Shown in pieces: positions 19,665 through 30,247 of a stretch of DNA of 64,000 nucleotides. This stretch comes from a virus, in the IMG/VR virus record IMGVR_UViG_3300009117_000047, positions 19,877 to 83,876 of that record; one strand, written 5' to 3'. Under the pieces are notes generated by a model. It saw only the letters and a list, made by a program, of their open reading frames with translations, was not told the DNA's origin and did not search any database. Numbering within the stretch: position 1 is the stretch's first letter; each line of letters starts with the position of its first letter. The translations under genes and the position numbers were made by a program.

Positions 19665-20003
19665 TTAACTGATTATTTTTTCAAAATGATATCCGTCACA
19701 ATGGTCACAAGTATTGTTCCATCCATAATGTTCAAGACTACAGCCTTGACACCCATAAATTTTAACATATTCTTCTTCATTCTCTTTAACGTTGTTCATC
19801 AATAAGTCCATAAATATTTTTACAATAGTACAGTTACACGGGCTACAATATTCCGTTTCTATTTTCAAAATACTTGCATCCATAATTCTATCACCCATAT
19901 AAGCGAAACCAGACGGATAAGAAGAACAGTGCCCATAGTCTTTGTAATGTAACTGAGTTTCTTGATTTGATGGTAATAAGTCCAAAAATTCTTTTACTTT
20001 CAT
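19665..20003 (-). CDS. hypothetical Cys-rich protein
   Basis: ORF track; stop inside site 19652. Confidence 0.7.
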   Translation of the reverse strand: MKVKEFLDLLPSNQETQLHYKDYGHCSSYPSGFAYMGDRIMDASILKIETEYCSPCNCTIVKIFMDLLMNNVKENEEEYVKIYGCQGCSLEHYGWNNTCDHCDGYHFEKIIS

Positions 20004-20048
20004 TGTTTCATCTCCTCCTTACACCCAATAAAAAGTAAGTTTTAAGTA

Positions 20049-20474
20049 TTAGCTTTTTACTTCATGTGGGCTGATATAATACATTTTTGGTAAATAATCA
20101 GCATATGTTACACGTTTCTGTTGATAATAAATTTTAATATCACTCTTATCCTTTGCTGTATACCAATGATATTTTACATTCTTTGAATATCTTTCATCAT
20201 TAATTCTATATTCTTGCCCTTCCTTTACTTTATAATTTTCATCTGCTGCTTGTTCTTTTGTATACTCAATAAAAGCTCCGTAATCACCAATAACAATTCT
20301 GGTATAGCCTTTACAAATTAACGTCCCATTGAGGGAATACAGCGGCTTGTCATCGCCGTTAATATATAGAAACTCTGGAATATTATCGTTATAAAGCCCT
20401 CTGTATTTAGCAGATAATTCCTTGTTAAGTGGCTTATATTTATATTTGTCTGCCAATTGTTTTTCTATGTTCAA
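20049..20474 (-). CDS. hypothetical phage protein
   Basis: ORF track. Confidence 0.7.
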   Translation of the reverse strand: MNIEKQLADKYKYKPLNKELSAKYRGLYNDNIPEFLYINGDDKPLYSLNGTLICKGYTRIVIGDYGAFIEYTKEQAADENYKVKEGQEYRINDERYSKNVKYHWYTAKDKSDIKIYYQQKRVTYADYLPKMYYISPHEVKS

Positions 20475-20512
20475 TGTATTAATATTATCGCCTCATTCTT
20501 AAAATATCTCTT

Positions 20513-20737
20513 CTATCTAGTTTCGTAGTCTAATACTTTTCGCAAATTATCTCGTTCAGTTTTAAATTTAAACATTAAATATGTAATGACTAAAATAGGA
20601 ATAGAAATAATATCATCAACAGTTCTCAATTGAACTTCACCATAGATAATTTTTTCTAAGCCTTGCCATACTAAACATAGAGCTAAATACATATATCCCG
20701 TATTTCCTAGGCAATATAATTTTTGAGTTTTGCTCAT
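20513..20737 (-). CDS. small membrane protein
   Basis: Two hydrophobic segments. Confidence 0.65.
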   Translation of the reverse strand: MSKTQKLYCLGNTGYMYLALCLVWQGLEKIIYGEVQLRTVDDIISIPILVITYLMFKFKTERDNLRKVLDYETR

Positions 20738-20787
20738 ACTTCTTTCCTTTCACTTTTACTTTGTTTCATATTTAGATCCATCACTCT

Positions 20788-21042
20788 TTATCTTAGACTC
20801 ATTAGCCACATTTCTCTTTGAATTTGTCTATTTTCTCGTCTTAATTCATCGTTTAAATATTCTGCAAGTTTTAATCGTGTTTCTAATTTTTCAATTTGTT
20901 TTAATAATTCCTTACACTCTTGACATTGATGGTCTTCTGTCTCATTGAAAAACCGATCAAAAACTTCGTCGGACACCTCTGCTATTGCTTCTCCTGTTTT
21001 CCCATCATATATTCCACACAACAATGTTTTACATCTTTTCAT
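20788..21042 (-). CDS. hypothetical protein
   Basis: ORF track, SD. Confidence 0.65.
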   Translation of the reverse strand: MKRCKTLLCGIYDGKTGEAIAEVSDEVFDRFFNETEDHQCQECKELLKQIEKLETRLKLAEYLNDELRRENRQIQREMWLMSLR

Positions 21043-21135
21043 ATATCATTTACCCTTCCCGTTTAGATACGATATATAGTAAATAATTAAATATAAAAAC
21101 TATATATTGTATCTAATACTAATTAAAATTCGATT

Positions 21136-21324
21136 TTATCTTATTTCTTTAATTTCTTTTTCGATTTGCTCAATATATTTTATTTTGTCTAAAAGCTTAT
21201 CTTTGTATTTTAAAAGATTATTATGGTAATCAGATATAGCTTCTTCTTCTGTTGACCCTGAACCCCAAATGTCAATAATATTCCAATCGCTTACACTATA
21301 ATATTCTTGTTTCTCAACTTTCAT
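21136..21324 (-). CDS. hypothetical protein
   Basis: ORF track, SD. Confidence 0.65.
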   Translation of the reverse strand: MKVEKQEYYSVSDWNIIDIWGSGSTEEEAISDYHNNLLKYKDKLLDKIKYIEQIEKEIKEIR

Positions 21325-21336
21325 TTTTAGACTCTC

Positions 21337-22119
21337 CTACTTTAATAATTCGATCACGAAAGTTTTAAGGGGCTCTTTGAGTTCCATATTTTTATTCATC
21401 CATTCAATATAATCTTTATGGTCTTTGAAAACATCTTTAATCAATAATCCTTTATGTTTACCAAACGTCAATTTATATGTATTAATATCTGGTTTAGGTA
21501 GCGATTCATCTTCTATATTTGCATCTCCTAATACCTCTTTTAGCTCTTTTGGAATAATCATGTCAATATCATTTCGTGAACTTAAAATATCACACTCATG
21601 TATAAAAAATTCCATATCATTTCTTGGTTCTGGCATGATTTCTTTTCCTGCTCTACTTTTATTCCATTCTCCAGAATGAGACTCGCACATGCAAGCAATC
21701 ATTTCCTTATGCTCATCGGAGATATTATGATTAACTTTTGTTGTTCTGACCCATTCAGCGGCTAACATAGGATGGTCTTGAACTGTATATTTTGAGCCGT
21801 TTAATCCGCACTTAATCGCATCGTGAAAAAATGGAACACACCTCATGCAGTCTCTAATTTCTGGTGTAGGATATTTTTCTCTATTACTTTTCAGTCTTAA
21901 ACGATGTTCCATAATTGAAGCAAACATATATTCATGATATAATTGTCCAAATTTCTGACATTGCGTAGCATTATGGTATTTCATTGATGTACTAGCTGGA
22001 ATTAGAAAAATATAATCAGGAATTTCTTCGCACATGTCTAAAAAATAATTTTTAATGTTATCTGTTTCAAAATTATTTGCTGCAATTTCAAAAATTTTTC
22101 GTTTATCTTGTTTATCCAT
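21337..22119 (-). CDS. HD-domain phosphohydrolase with C-terminal FGKHKG motif
   Basis: PASTSMKYH, FHDAIK, H.G.W, IHECD; LTFGKHKG. Confidence 0.75.
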   Translation of the reverse strand: MDKQDKRKIFEIAANNFETDNIKNYFLDMCEEIPDYIFLIPASTSMKYHNATQCQKFGQLYHEYMFASIMEHRLRLKSNREKYPTPEIRDCMRCVPFFHDAIKCGLNGSKYTVQDHPMLAAEWVRTTKVNHNISDEHKEMIACMCESHSGEWNKSRAGKEIMPEPRNDMEFFIHECDILSSRNDIDMIIPKELKEVLGDANIEDESLPKPDINTYKLTFGKHKGLLIKDVFKDHKDYIEWMNKNMELKEPLKTFVIELLK

Positions 22120-22131
22120 TTATTAATCTCC

Positions 22132-22668
22132 TTATTTTAAAATGTAATTATCCAAACAGTTTTTGCAAATCTCGTAAATAAACTTTCCCATATTTTCTTT
22201 CTTCACAAAATTCAAATAAAAATCACTTCGTTTTTGCCATGTTAATAATGTTCTTAGGAATGATAATTCGTTATAGTCTGTATCGTAATTATGCTCCATG
22301 ATGTCGTCTAATCTATCGTTCTCTATCACGATATAAACATTTTTAACATTAATCATTCTGTTTAACTCTTTCATAAATCTATCATCTTTTTGATTATTAG
22401 AAAGATTTCCTGCTAATTCTTTGACTCCATTTTTTCTTTCAATGATTAATTCATCTGTAAAATATGTATCAACTAAAAACCCAAGTTCAGGGCAAGCAGT
22501 AATCATCATAGAATAATCTCCCGTCTTAAGAGATTTCTTTTTATGGCTAATACTTGCCTTGTCAAAATATTCTAAAATATGATCGTTGCATTGTTCTTTG
22601 GAATCGTGCAGAATAATAAGGTGGTTCAATAATTCTTTGTATGTTTTATCAGTATAATAGTGCTTCAA
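22132..22668 (-). CDS. ERCC4-domain nuclease (probable resolvase)
   Basis: DSKEQ...GDY...IERK ERCC4 signature. Confidence 0.85.
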   Translation of the reverse strand: MKHYYTDKTYKELLNHLIILHDSKEQCNDHILEYFDKASISHKKKSLKTGDYSMMITACPELGFLVDTYFTDELIIERKNGVKELAGNLSNNQKDDRFMKELNRMINVKNVYIVIENDRLDDIMEHNYDTDYNELSFLRTLLTWQKRSDFYLNFVKKENMGKFIYEICKNCLDNYILK

Positions 22669-22682
22669 TATTTGTCCTCCAT

Positions 22683-25600
22683 TTAATCTATTTTCTTATA
22701 ATCTTTAATCCACCATTCAAATGTATCTGGTACAACCTCCCAGTCATCGCCAACCTTCCTTTTCTTTGGTTGTTTTTTATAATCTTTAATATAAATAACG
22801 TCTCCATCTTGAAACGGGACTTCACTAAAACTTGTTACAATTTGTTTATCTCGTTTATTAATTTTACTATGAACTTTCATTTCTGTTATTTTGCCCTTTT
22901 TAATACAATAGGCATTAAATTTAGGAGAGTATTGTGTGTTTAAATCTGTAATAACCACATAATTCCACTCAAGATTTTCATCTATATAATCAACATAATT
23001 CAAAACTTCATACTGAAACTTGGCTAACTGACAAGAATGGTACTCTTCTTCTGATAGGTTTAAACACAGCTCTTTTACTATCCCAACCCAATTTACATTT
23101 GTAAACTGCTTGTCGCTTACCTTGCCAGACTTGGTAATGTCCGTAGCATATTTATAAATATCAATATCATCTAACCCCAGCTCCGAAATATTTGATTTTG
23201 AAATAGTTTTTCTACCTTCTCCGTTAGACCCTTTCCATTCATCATAAATTTCAACACACTTTAACAGTTTTTTAATTGATCCAAAACGCTTAAAATATCC
23301 TATCTTAACCAGTTTTGTGAATACTGACGCATTTATTTTTGTTCCTTTAATTGAATGGTAAATATTAATAAAATCATCTACTCCGCTAAAATAAATCTCC
23401 ATCATGCTATTTACTGCTTTATCTCCAATGCCCTTAACACTTGACAAATTTGGATAAATAGTTTTTGTTTCATCTTCTACGGTGAACTTAGAATTGTCTT
23501 TACCATATTCAAATGTACCCATTTTATATCCAAAAACATTCATCGCTTCTTTTGTTAACGCAGCTACTTTATTTTTATCTCCTTTATCTTGATAGTGATT
23601 TAAGGTAACTTCATAAAATTTCGATGTGTGATGAGCTTTAACCCACGCTTCATAAAGAGAGTCGTTTGCCATCGCAAGAGCATGGGGAGCGTTAAATGAA
23701 TATCTTGCACTATCTTTAATTACTTGATATACTGGCTCGAAATTGTCTAAGTTTCCAATATTTTTAAGCCAATGTTCTTTTAACGTGTCTTCGACATGTT
23801 TTAAAGCTTCACCCTTTAATTTCTTCTTGCTAATTTTTTTAATAGTGTCATAGCTATCTTTCATTAAAATACCAAGCCAAGAAAAGATTTTCATAACAGC
23901 TTCTTGATACAGCATATAATGGAAGCAATCTTTCAATAAATCATCAATTGTTTTTTCTCCGTTGGTATACTCAACCCTATTTAAAAATCCTTCTAATAGC
24001 GATTTAAAACCGGGACGAATACCAGCGATAAAAGCTGCTAATTCCTTAATTTCTTTTGGCTTATACTTCATTACTCTTTTTGTGGTGGCAGGTTTTTCAC
24101 ATTGGTTAAGACTACAAGTCGCTCCGATTTCGTACATCTTCCATGTAGCTTCATCATTTTGAACCATCTTTCTTAATTCTGACACTGTAGGCACTTTCAT
24201 TCCAATGCTTTCATAAAGTTTATAAATAATGCCTACAACGTCAACAATAAGAAAATCATCTTTTACATACCCGTAAGCATCTAATAATCCACCTTCAATA
24301 TTGGCAACTATTGTGGATTTTCCCGTACTTTCAGAATAGCATCTAATCAAACCAATTTCATATCGTATATCTCCATACCCTACTACGTCATCTTGTCTCG
24401 GATTCCCATTGAACAACATAAATCCACAAGCATGACATTTAGCTTGTTCAATAATTCCTTGATATGATTTACTATCATTAAATATTTTTAAGTGTTCAAT
24501 ATCGGTAATATAATCTTTGATATGAATATCTTTTTTATCTTCTTCATCATCTACTTGTTTTAAAGCTTCGTTATATTGGTCGATGCACTTAGAAATCTCA
24601 TTTGCAACACTAGGTTCAATCCCTCTAATGTCTGCATATAATTTAAAACCTGATTTTTCTCCTAACTTTCCTACTGCTAATAAAGGATAGCAACCATGTT
24701 CTCCAAAAATTTCTTTACCTGCATTAACAAAAGGTTCTTGGCTTGAAACATTGAAATCTATATCGGGCATTTGATGGGAACTTAAAATACGATCTTTTGT
24801 AACAAAACGCTCTGGATAAATTGGAACTTCTGCTTCAAACCTATCCATAGTGGTAAACCCAAGTAATTTACTGGAATAATAAGAACTTGCGCTACCTCTT
24901 GACGTAGGAGTTAGTTGTCCTCCATATTTATTAATAGCAAGGTCAACTAAAGCATAGTTATCTAAAAAATAATCAGCAGTTTTACTTCCATCTATTTCTC
25001 CATATTCATATTCCATCCCATCAAACCTATCTTGTGTATGGTGTTCTTCATCTTCTTGATGGAATTTTTCATGTAGTATTTTTTTTAATAATTGAGAACG
25101 CTCTTCGTAATTATAATTTCGATAATCAGGATGAATTGGTATTTTAAATCCTGTGTCATATGAAATATCTTCGCATCCATCAATAAACACATGAGTATTC
25201 ATCATTGAGTATAGTATTTCTTCATCAGGTAAACATCCTTGTTCCTTCATTCTCTGAAAAACGGTATTACCATCAGGAAAATCCATGTACCAACCATCTT
25301 CTTCAGGATAACAAATACCTTTTCGTAGCAAAAGATTCTCTCTTTTTACCTTGTCTTCATCATTTATGTAGTGAGTGTCCAATCCAATAATTGTTTGAAT
25401 TCCAAAAGTCTTAGATATTTCATAAATCCGATTATTTATTTCTTTCTGTTTGGTGGTGTTGTTAGTTTGATATTCGAGAAAAAAACTATCCCCAAAATGT
25501 TTCCATATGTTTAGCCAAATTTCAGTAGCGTCTTCATATTTCCAGCCCGCAACACATGCTGAAGTTATATAAACATCATCTTTGCTTAAAGTAAATAAAG

Positions 25601-26150
25601 CAGCTAAATCAATTCGTGGTTTATGGTAAAATCCTTCTTCGTGAGCGCAAGACAATATGTAGTTCAGCTTTCTCATAGCTTGATAATTCCTAGCTACAAT
25701 TACCATATGGCAATTTGTATTATCTTTTTTTTCTCTTGTTTTTGTTTCTCCTGTTTTCTTATCAATGTATTGTTCTTGAAAAACTGTAATTGCATCCTTA
25801 ACCCAATAAGCTTCTACTGAGTATCTAAACTTAATCGGATTTTTAATCTTAAGGTTTTTTCTTCCATCCTCTGTATCAGTTTTTTTACATACGTCATATA
25901 CATGTAGCCATTCACCTGCGTACCCATGTTCTCCAGAAAAATAACATTGACATCCATAATCGTCGGATAATTTAATAAAATCATCAATACTTGTAGCAGA
26001 GTCTATTTGAACTAAATCTGACCAAGTGGTGTGTTTGTGATAATTTTCCATCATCATGTTCATATCATTTGCCCAAGTTTTTAAATCATACGGGAAGTTG
26101 AAGTTTAATCTATCATTTGCCTTTGTCAAGAGTGATAAGTCAACGGTCAC
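22683..26150 (-). CDS. dnaE: DNA polymerase III alpha subunit (C-family, PHP domain)
   Basis: N-terminal PHP, RGSASS, MPDIDF, KDDFL, YSFNAPHA, VKGIG HhH. Confidence 0.95.
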   Translation of the reverse strand: MTVDLSLLTKANDRLNFNFPYDLKTWANDMNMMMENYHKHTTWSDLVQIDSATSIDDFIKLSDDYGCQCYFSGEHGYAGEWLHVYDVCKKTDTEDGRKNLKIKNPIKFRYSVEAYWVKDAITVFQEQYIDKKTGETKTREKKDNTNCHMVIVARNYQAMRKLNYILSCAHEEGFYHKPRIDLAALFTLSKDDVYITSACVAGWKYEDATEIWLNIWKHFGDSFFLEYQTNNTTKQKEINNRIYEISKTFGIQTIIGLDTHYINDEDKVKRENLLLRKGICYPEEDGWYMDFPDGNTVFQRMKEQGCLPDEEILYSMMNTHVFIDGCEDISYDTGFKIPIHPDYRNYNYEERSQLLKKILHEKFHQEDEEHHTQDRFDGMEYEYGEIDGSKTADYFLDNYALVDLAINKYGGQLTPTSRGSASSYYSSKLLGFTTMDRFEAEVPIYPERFVTKDRILSSHQMPDIDFNVSSQEPFVNAGKEIFGEHGCYPLLAVGKLGEKSGFKLYADIRGIEPSVANEISKCIDQYNEALKQVDDEEDKKDIHIKDYITDIEHLKIFNDSKSYQGIIEQAKCHACGFMLFNGNPRQDDVVGYGDIRYEIGLIRCYSESTGKSTIVANIEGGLLDAYGYVKDDFLIVDVVGIIYKLYESIGMKVPTVSELRKMVQNDEATWKMYEIGATCSLNQCEKPATTKRVMKYKPKEIKELAAFIAGIRPGFKSLLEGFLNRVEYTNGEKTIDDLLKDCFHYMLYQEAVMKIFSWLGILMKDSYDTIKKISKKKLKGEALKHVEDTLKEHWLKNIGNLDNFEPVYQVIKDSARYSFNAPHALAMANDSLYEAWVKAHHTSKFYEVTLNHYQDKGDKNKVAALTKEAMNVFGYKMGTFEYGKDNSKFTVEDETKTIYPNLSSVKGIGDKAVNSMMEIYFSGVDDFINIYHSIKGTKINASVFTKLVKIGYFKRFGSIKKLLKCVEIYDEWKGSNGEGRKTISKSNISELGLDDIDIYKYATDITKSGKVSDKQFTNVNWVGIVKELCLNLSEEEYHSCQLAKFQYEVLNYVDYIDENLEWNYVVITDLNTQYSPKFNAYCIKKGKITEMKVHSKINKRDKQIVTSFSEVPFQDGDVIYIKDYKKQPKKRKVGDDWEVVPDTFEWWIKDYKKID

Positions 26151-26151
26151 A

Positions 26152-26943
26152 TTACTCTCCTCCCATCAACTTATAATCACAGACATTTCTAAACCCACAC
26201 AAATTGTTACAGTAGAAATAACTTAAATTAGGAAGAAAATTTTCGTCATTATGTATTTCACCGATTAATTCTACCGCCCATTTTTTCGCTTCTTCGTATT
26301 CTTCTTTAATAAAAGGCAATTTAAGCCACTTTTGATCTTTGAAATAATTCCAGCAAATATGGCTTGGATACACTCCGTACTCTTTATAAACTTGCTCACA
26401 GTATAAATATAGTTGTTTTTTATAATTATCATAATCATCTTGCTTCTTTTTTAAAACCTTACCTTTTTTCCCAATGGGGTACTCACTAGATTTATGGTCG
26501 ATTACGATAATTTCTTTTGTTTCCTTGTGTTGAACCAATAAGTCAATAAATCCAATAAATTTAATCTTGTTGATTGTAAATAAGCACTTCTTTTCTATTC
26601 CTAAAATCTCGTAATCATCTAACCATCCTAAATCTAAATTTTCAAAATAATCTAAGCCTAAATAAAAATTCTTTTCAACGGTACTTTCTGCTGTTCCATA
26701 ATCATTTACCTCCTCATAAAATTTTTCATTATAATAGTCAATCGCTTCATTTAACGTAATTTCTTTTTTAAATATCTTTTCTAAAATTTCATGACAAAAC
26801 TTACCGAAAGCTGCATAAAAATTTTGTTCATCAGATTCCTTTTCAATATATTTTAAATAAAATGCATAATTACAATTTTCATAGCTATGACACCTACTAA
26901 AACTCCAAGTCATAGCATTCAACTCTTTTGTATAATCACCCAA
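26152..26943 (-). CDS. PD-(D/E)XK nuclease (AddB/Cas4-like, Fe-S cysteines)
   Basis: WSFSR..C, GFIDL, IIDHKS, QLYLY, C-terminal C...C.....C. Confidence 0.85.
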   Translation of the reverse strand: MGDYTKELNAMTWSFSRCHSYENCNYAFYLKYIEKESDEQNFYAAFGKFCHEILEKIFKKEITLNEAIDYYNEKFYEEVNDYGTAESTVEKNFYLGLDYFENLDLGWLDDYEILGIEKKCLFTINKIKFIGFIDLLVQHKETKEIIVIDHKSSEYPIGKKGKVLKKKQDDYDNYKKQLYLYCEQVYKEYGVYPSHICWNYFKDQKWLKLPFIKEEYEEAKKWAVELIGEIHNDENFLPNLSYFYCNNLCGFRNVCDYKLMGGE

Positions 26944-26954
26944 TTAATCACTCC

Positions 26955-27962
26955 TCATGTTATCTTTTTTCTATTGGCATATAATTCATTCCAAATTTCT
27001 ATTCCACAATCTATTGGAGAATTTTTTGCTTCCTTGCCACCCAATAACGTTTTAGGGTCTTCTATGATATAAACATTCAAAAACCTTTTTAATGTTTCGA
27101 TATTTTTTCTCACTTCTCTGTCTTTATAGGAAACGTCTGAGTCATAACACAAAACAACGTCTGCTCCTATTCTGATAAGTAGCTTTATTTGTTCTATTGT
27201 AAGAGTATGTTTTTCGGCAGATGCAGAATCTTTGATACCGTATTTCATTAACTTCATACCACTTTTTATACTCTCAAATATCTTTATTTCACTTGTTTCT
27301 TTTATAAATGGCAAAGTTATATTTAGCCCCTGAAAATAATCCATCTCTCCAACTTTGAAATAGTTAATGTATTTGCTTATTCCCATTGCCTTATAGTTCT
27401 CATATCTGGTTCTACCCTTTATGTTAATTAGGTTGCCTTGTAAATCATAAACTGGATACACTATTCTATTGCTTCTATGGTCGACTCTTATATCAAATAA
27501 ATCCATCTCTTCTTGTCCAATACCTTCATCTAACCATTCTGGGATTTTTTCTTTTGTATATTTTTCAAGTTCTTTTTTATCAAGAATTTCATGTGTGATG
27601 ATATTGGGTTTTTGTTTGCATTTTCTAATTGTCTTATTTATCTTTACTGTTTCAGATTGACACATTTTACTTATATCAATACTGGCAAGTTGTGAAGCTT
27701 TTAAAACTGCATCATCATAACTAAGGGATTCATATTCAATCAAAAATTGTATGATTCCACCACCTCGCCCGCACCCAAAACAGAAAAAGTTATTTTTTTC
27801 GGGAGTAACTGAGAATGATGGCGTTTTATCTATATGTAAGGGACAATTTCCAAAATAATCTCTTCCTTTTGGCTTAATATCTATTGATTGCTCAACATAT
27901 TCGAGTAAATTAACATTATCGCTAATTTCCTTAATCATGTCTTCATCATACGTACCAATCAT
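26955..27962 (-). CDS. dnaG: DNA primase (CHC2 Zn finger + TOPRIM)
   Basis: CPLHIDKTPSF...CFGC; IFES; YDSD; start placed at ATG after AAGGGGGTG. Confidence 0.9.
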   Translation of the reverse strand: MIGTYDEDMIKEISDNVNLLEYVEQSIDIKPKGRDYFGNCPLHIDKTPSFSVTPEKNNFFCFGCGRGGGIIQFLIEYESLSYDDAVLKASQLASIDISKMCQSETVKINKTIRKCKQKPNIITHEILDKKELEKYTKEKIPEWLDEGIGQEEMDLFDIRVDHRSNRIVYPVYDLQGNLINIKGRTRYENYKAMGISKYINYFKVGEMDYFQGLNITLPFIKETSEIKIFESIKSGMKLMKYGIKDSASAEKHTLTIEQIKLLIRIGADVVLCYDSDVSYKDREVRKNIETLKRFLNVYIIEDPKTLLGGKEAKNSPIDCGIEIWNELYANRKKIT

Positions 27963-27978
27963 TCTCACCCCCCTTATT

Positions 27979-29325
27979 TTAATCAAACGGTGTCTTTGCT
28001 TCATGTTGTTTTGCTTCAATAATCCCAACTTTTTCTTTTGTAAACATCATGTCAATATATTCATTTTCTCTATCGTGCTGTAACCCTAATCTGTTTAACT
28101 TAACTTTTAACTTATGAGTACCACAATCTGACCCATCACGGATAATTTCTTCTTCTGTTTTTTCTTCCCATTTCACAGCAACGGAACAATATTTTTCGAT
28201 ACCATCAGATTCAGCAACTTCATTCAATCTGTTTAGTTGGCAAAAAGCTAATACAGATAAATTTAATTCTCCCGCAATCGTATTTTTTAACCAATTTGTT
28301 CTACCAGCCATGTAAGCACTTCTTTTTGATGACTCAAGAATCGAATCATCACACTTGATGTAATCCCAAACAATAAATTTTAAACCCATTTCTATTTTCT
28401 TTTGTGCGCATATAGAGTAAAATCTTTCATTGGTAATATAAGGATCATACAAGTGATAAAGCGGAAGTGATTTAAATAAGACATTAGCTTTAGATATTTT
28501 AGCGATTTCATCAGTTGTTTTATTATTGCTTTTAATCCTATTAACTGAAACGCCCGATATATAAGACAACGCTCTAATATAAAAATTAAAATCTGACATT
28601 TCACTATCATATAACATGGTAGGAACACCATTCATTGCTTTATGTAGAGCTTCAATTAAAGCTAACCAACTCTTACCTTTTTTCATTCTGGCTTCAATTA
28701 TTATCAATTCTGTTTCTTCGTAAGAAAAATAGTTGCTAACTGTCGGAAAAAATGATGGAAGCCCAAATAGTCCATTACTTTGCAAGCTATCATTTAACTT
28801 TTGGTATAAATCATCAATTTGCTCTCCAAATAATTTGACTTCTCCATCTGTTACATACTTAATCGTAAGTTCATTAATTTCCTTATAGACTTTATTGTTC
28901 ATAGTATCTAACGAAGTTTCTTTGTTGAAACACATTCTTTGCCAATCTAATGTCTTTTTATAAAAGTCTCTTTTGAAAGATAATCCTACAATTCTACTGA
29001 CTAACATCATATATTCTTCAACAGTATCTCTTTTGGATTCCACGCATAAATCTATGTATTCTTGAATGCTTGGCAAATTATATTTTTCAATTGTTTTTTG
29101 AACTCCAGCGTGAGAATTTAGCATGTTTTGAATATTAAAAGCATCAATGTTAGTAATCTTTTTCCTATACAATTCTTTTATCGCCCAATAAATACAAGCA
29201 TTATCTTGATTGTAAAAATATCTTTCATGTAAAAAATTGCTATGCAGTATAAACTCTGGATGGTAAACCAGTGTAGCTACTACCCCTGCTTCTGCTTGGT
29301 AGTCTGTAATTTCCGAAATCTCCAC
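27979..29325 (-). CDS. dnaB: DnaB-like replicative helicase
   Basis: DnaB-like N-terminus AEAGVVATL; Walker A ARMKKGKS; DSEM; WDY; CQLNR. Confidence 0.85.
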   Translation of the reverse strand: MEISEITDYQAEAGVVATLVYHPEFILHSNFLHERYFYNQDNACIYWAIKELYRKKITNIDAFNIQNMLNSHAGVQKTIEKYNLPSIQEYIDLCVESKRDTVEEYMMLVSRIVGLSFKRDFYKKTLDWQRMCFNKETSLDTMNNKVYKEINELTIKYVTDGEVKLFGEQIDDLYQKLNDSLQSNGLFGLPSFFPTVSNYFSYEETELIIIEARMKKGKSWLALIEALHKAMNGVPTMLYDSEMSDFNFYIRALSYISGVSVNRIKSNNKTTDEIAKISKANVLFKSLPLYHLYDPYITNERFYSICAQKKIEMGLKFIVWDYIKCDDSILESSKRSAYMAGRTNWLKNTIAGELNLSVLAFCQLNRLNEVAESDGIEKYCSVAVKWEEKTEEEIIRDGSDCGTHKLKVKLNRLGLQHDRENEYIDMMFTKEKVGIIEAKQHEAKTPFD

Positions 29326-29807
29326 TAAATACCTCCCAATAAATTGCCAAACCCCTTATCCTTTTCTGCGTTATATGTAAATTTAACTTCTTGCGTTTCG
29401 TATTCTTGATTTTGTGATTTTTCCTTCATTTCTTCTACGATTTTTTGCGCCATTTTCTTTTCCCATAACTGTTTAATACGTTGATTATCAATTAAATAAT
29501 GTAATCCGTATGGGCTTTTTACAGATATTTTTGCAGAAATAGCATGATTTAAGGCAAATAATAAATATCCTGAATCTACGTTTTTCTTAAATACAATGTT
29601 GTTAATAGTATTTATAAGTTGAGACATTACAACTGTTTTACTAATTTTTTCGTAATATAAATCTCTAATTTTTGTAAGGTTTCCACTTGTTTCTGCACAA
29701 TCTTTGTGCATATATCTATTACCAATTTTTACAGCTTCGCCCTGCGATAATTCGCAGGACTCATGCTGGCAATGTTTAAAACTACACTTATATGTTTTTT
29801 CTTTCAT
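29325..29807 (-). CDS. hypothetical replication-associated protein
   Basis: Coupled to helicase; N-terminal Cys/His motif. Confidence 0.65.
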   Translation of the reverse strand: MKEKTYKCSFKHCQHESCELSQGEAVKIGNRYMHKDCAETSGNLTKIRDLYYEKISKTVVMSQLINTINNIVFKKNVDSGYLLFALNHAISAKISVKSPYGLHYLIDNQRIKQLWEKKMAQKIVEEMKEKSQNQEYETQEVKFTYNAEKDKGFGNLLGGI

Positions 29808-29819
29808 TTAAACGCTCCT

Positions 29820-30218
29820 TTAAAATGGAAGGTCGTCATCTTCAACACTCTCGTTTATTGGATAATAACCATCTGTTTTTGCTGACGGATCTGGCTTTGG
29901 TGTTGTATTTTTTGTCCCATTTTCTTTTTTATCATTTTCTTCAAAACCAAAAACTACATAGTTTGTATAAGTCGTATTTTTATCTTTGTCGTATTTGTTG
30001 GTTACTTCACACGCACCAATTTTTACATTATGAGTAATATCCAGTTTATCTGCCTGATTGTGAGCAGTTCCTACAAGTCTAACAAATTTATTAGACCAAT
30101 CTGTTTCATACTGGTCTGTATTTTTATTTTTCTTGCTAGTAGACATTTCTGCCACATGATAATTTCCCTTATTTTCTAATTTCCAAATTTTAGCGAATCC
30201 ACCTTGTTTAAATCCCAT
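29820..30218 (-). CDS. ssb: single-stranded DNA-binding protein
   Basis: OB-fold-sized, acidic tail DDDLPF. Confidence 0.75.
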   Translation of the reverse strand: MGFKQGGFAKIWKLENKGNYHVAEMSTSKKNKNTDQYETDWSNKFVRLVGTAHNQADKLDITHNVKIGACEVTNKYDKDKNTTYTNYVVFGFEENDKKENGTKNTTPKPDPSAKTDGYYPINESVEDDDLPF

Positions 30219-30247
30219 GTTATTATCTCCTTTAATATGTAGTATTT

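Noticed and set aside
26152-26943. Cas4-like protein as part of a CRISPR system
   Set aside because: Embedded between dnaE and primase; a typical phage AddB/PD-(D/E)XK recombination nuclease context.
22683-29325. Inteins or introns in dnaE, primase or helicase
   Set aside because: Normal lengths; no splice-junction or LAGLIDADG motifs noticed.
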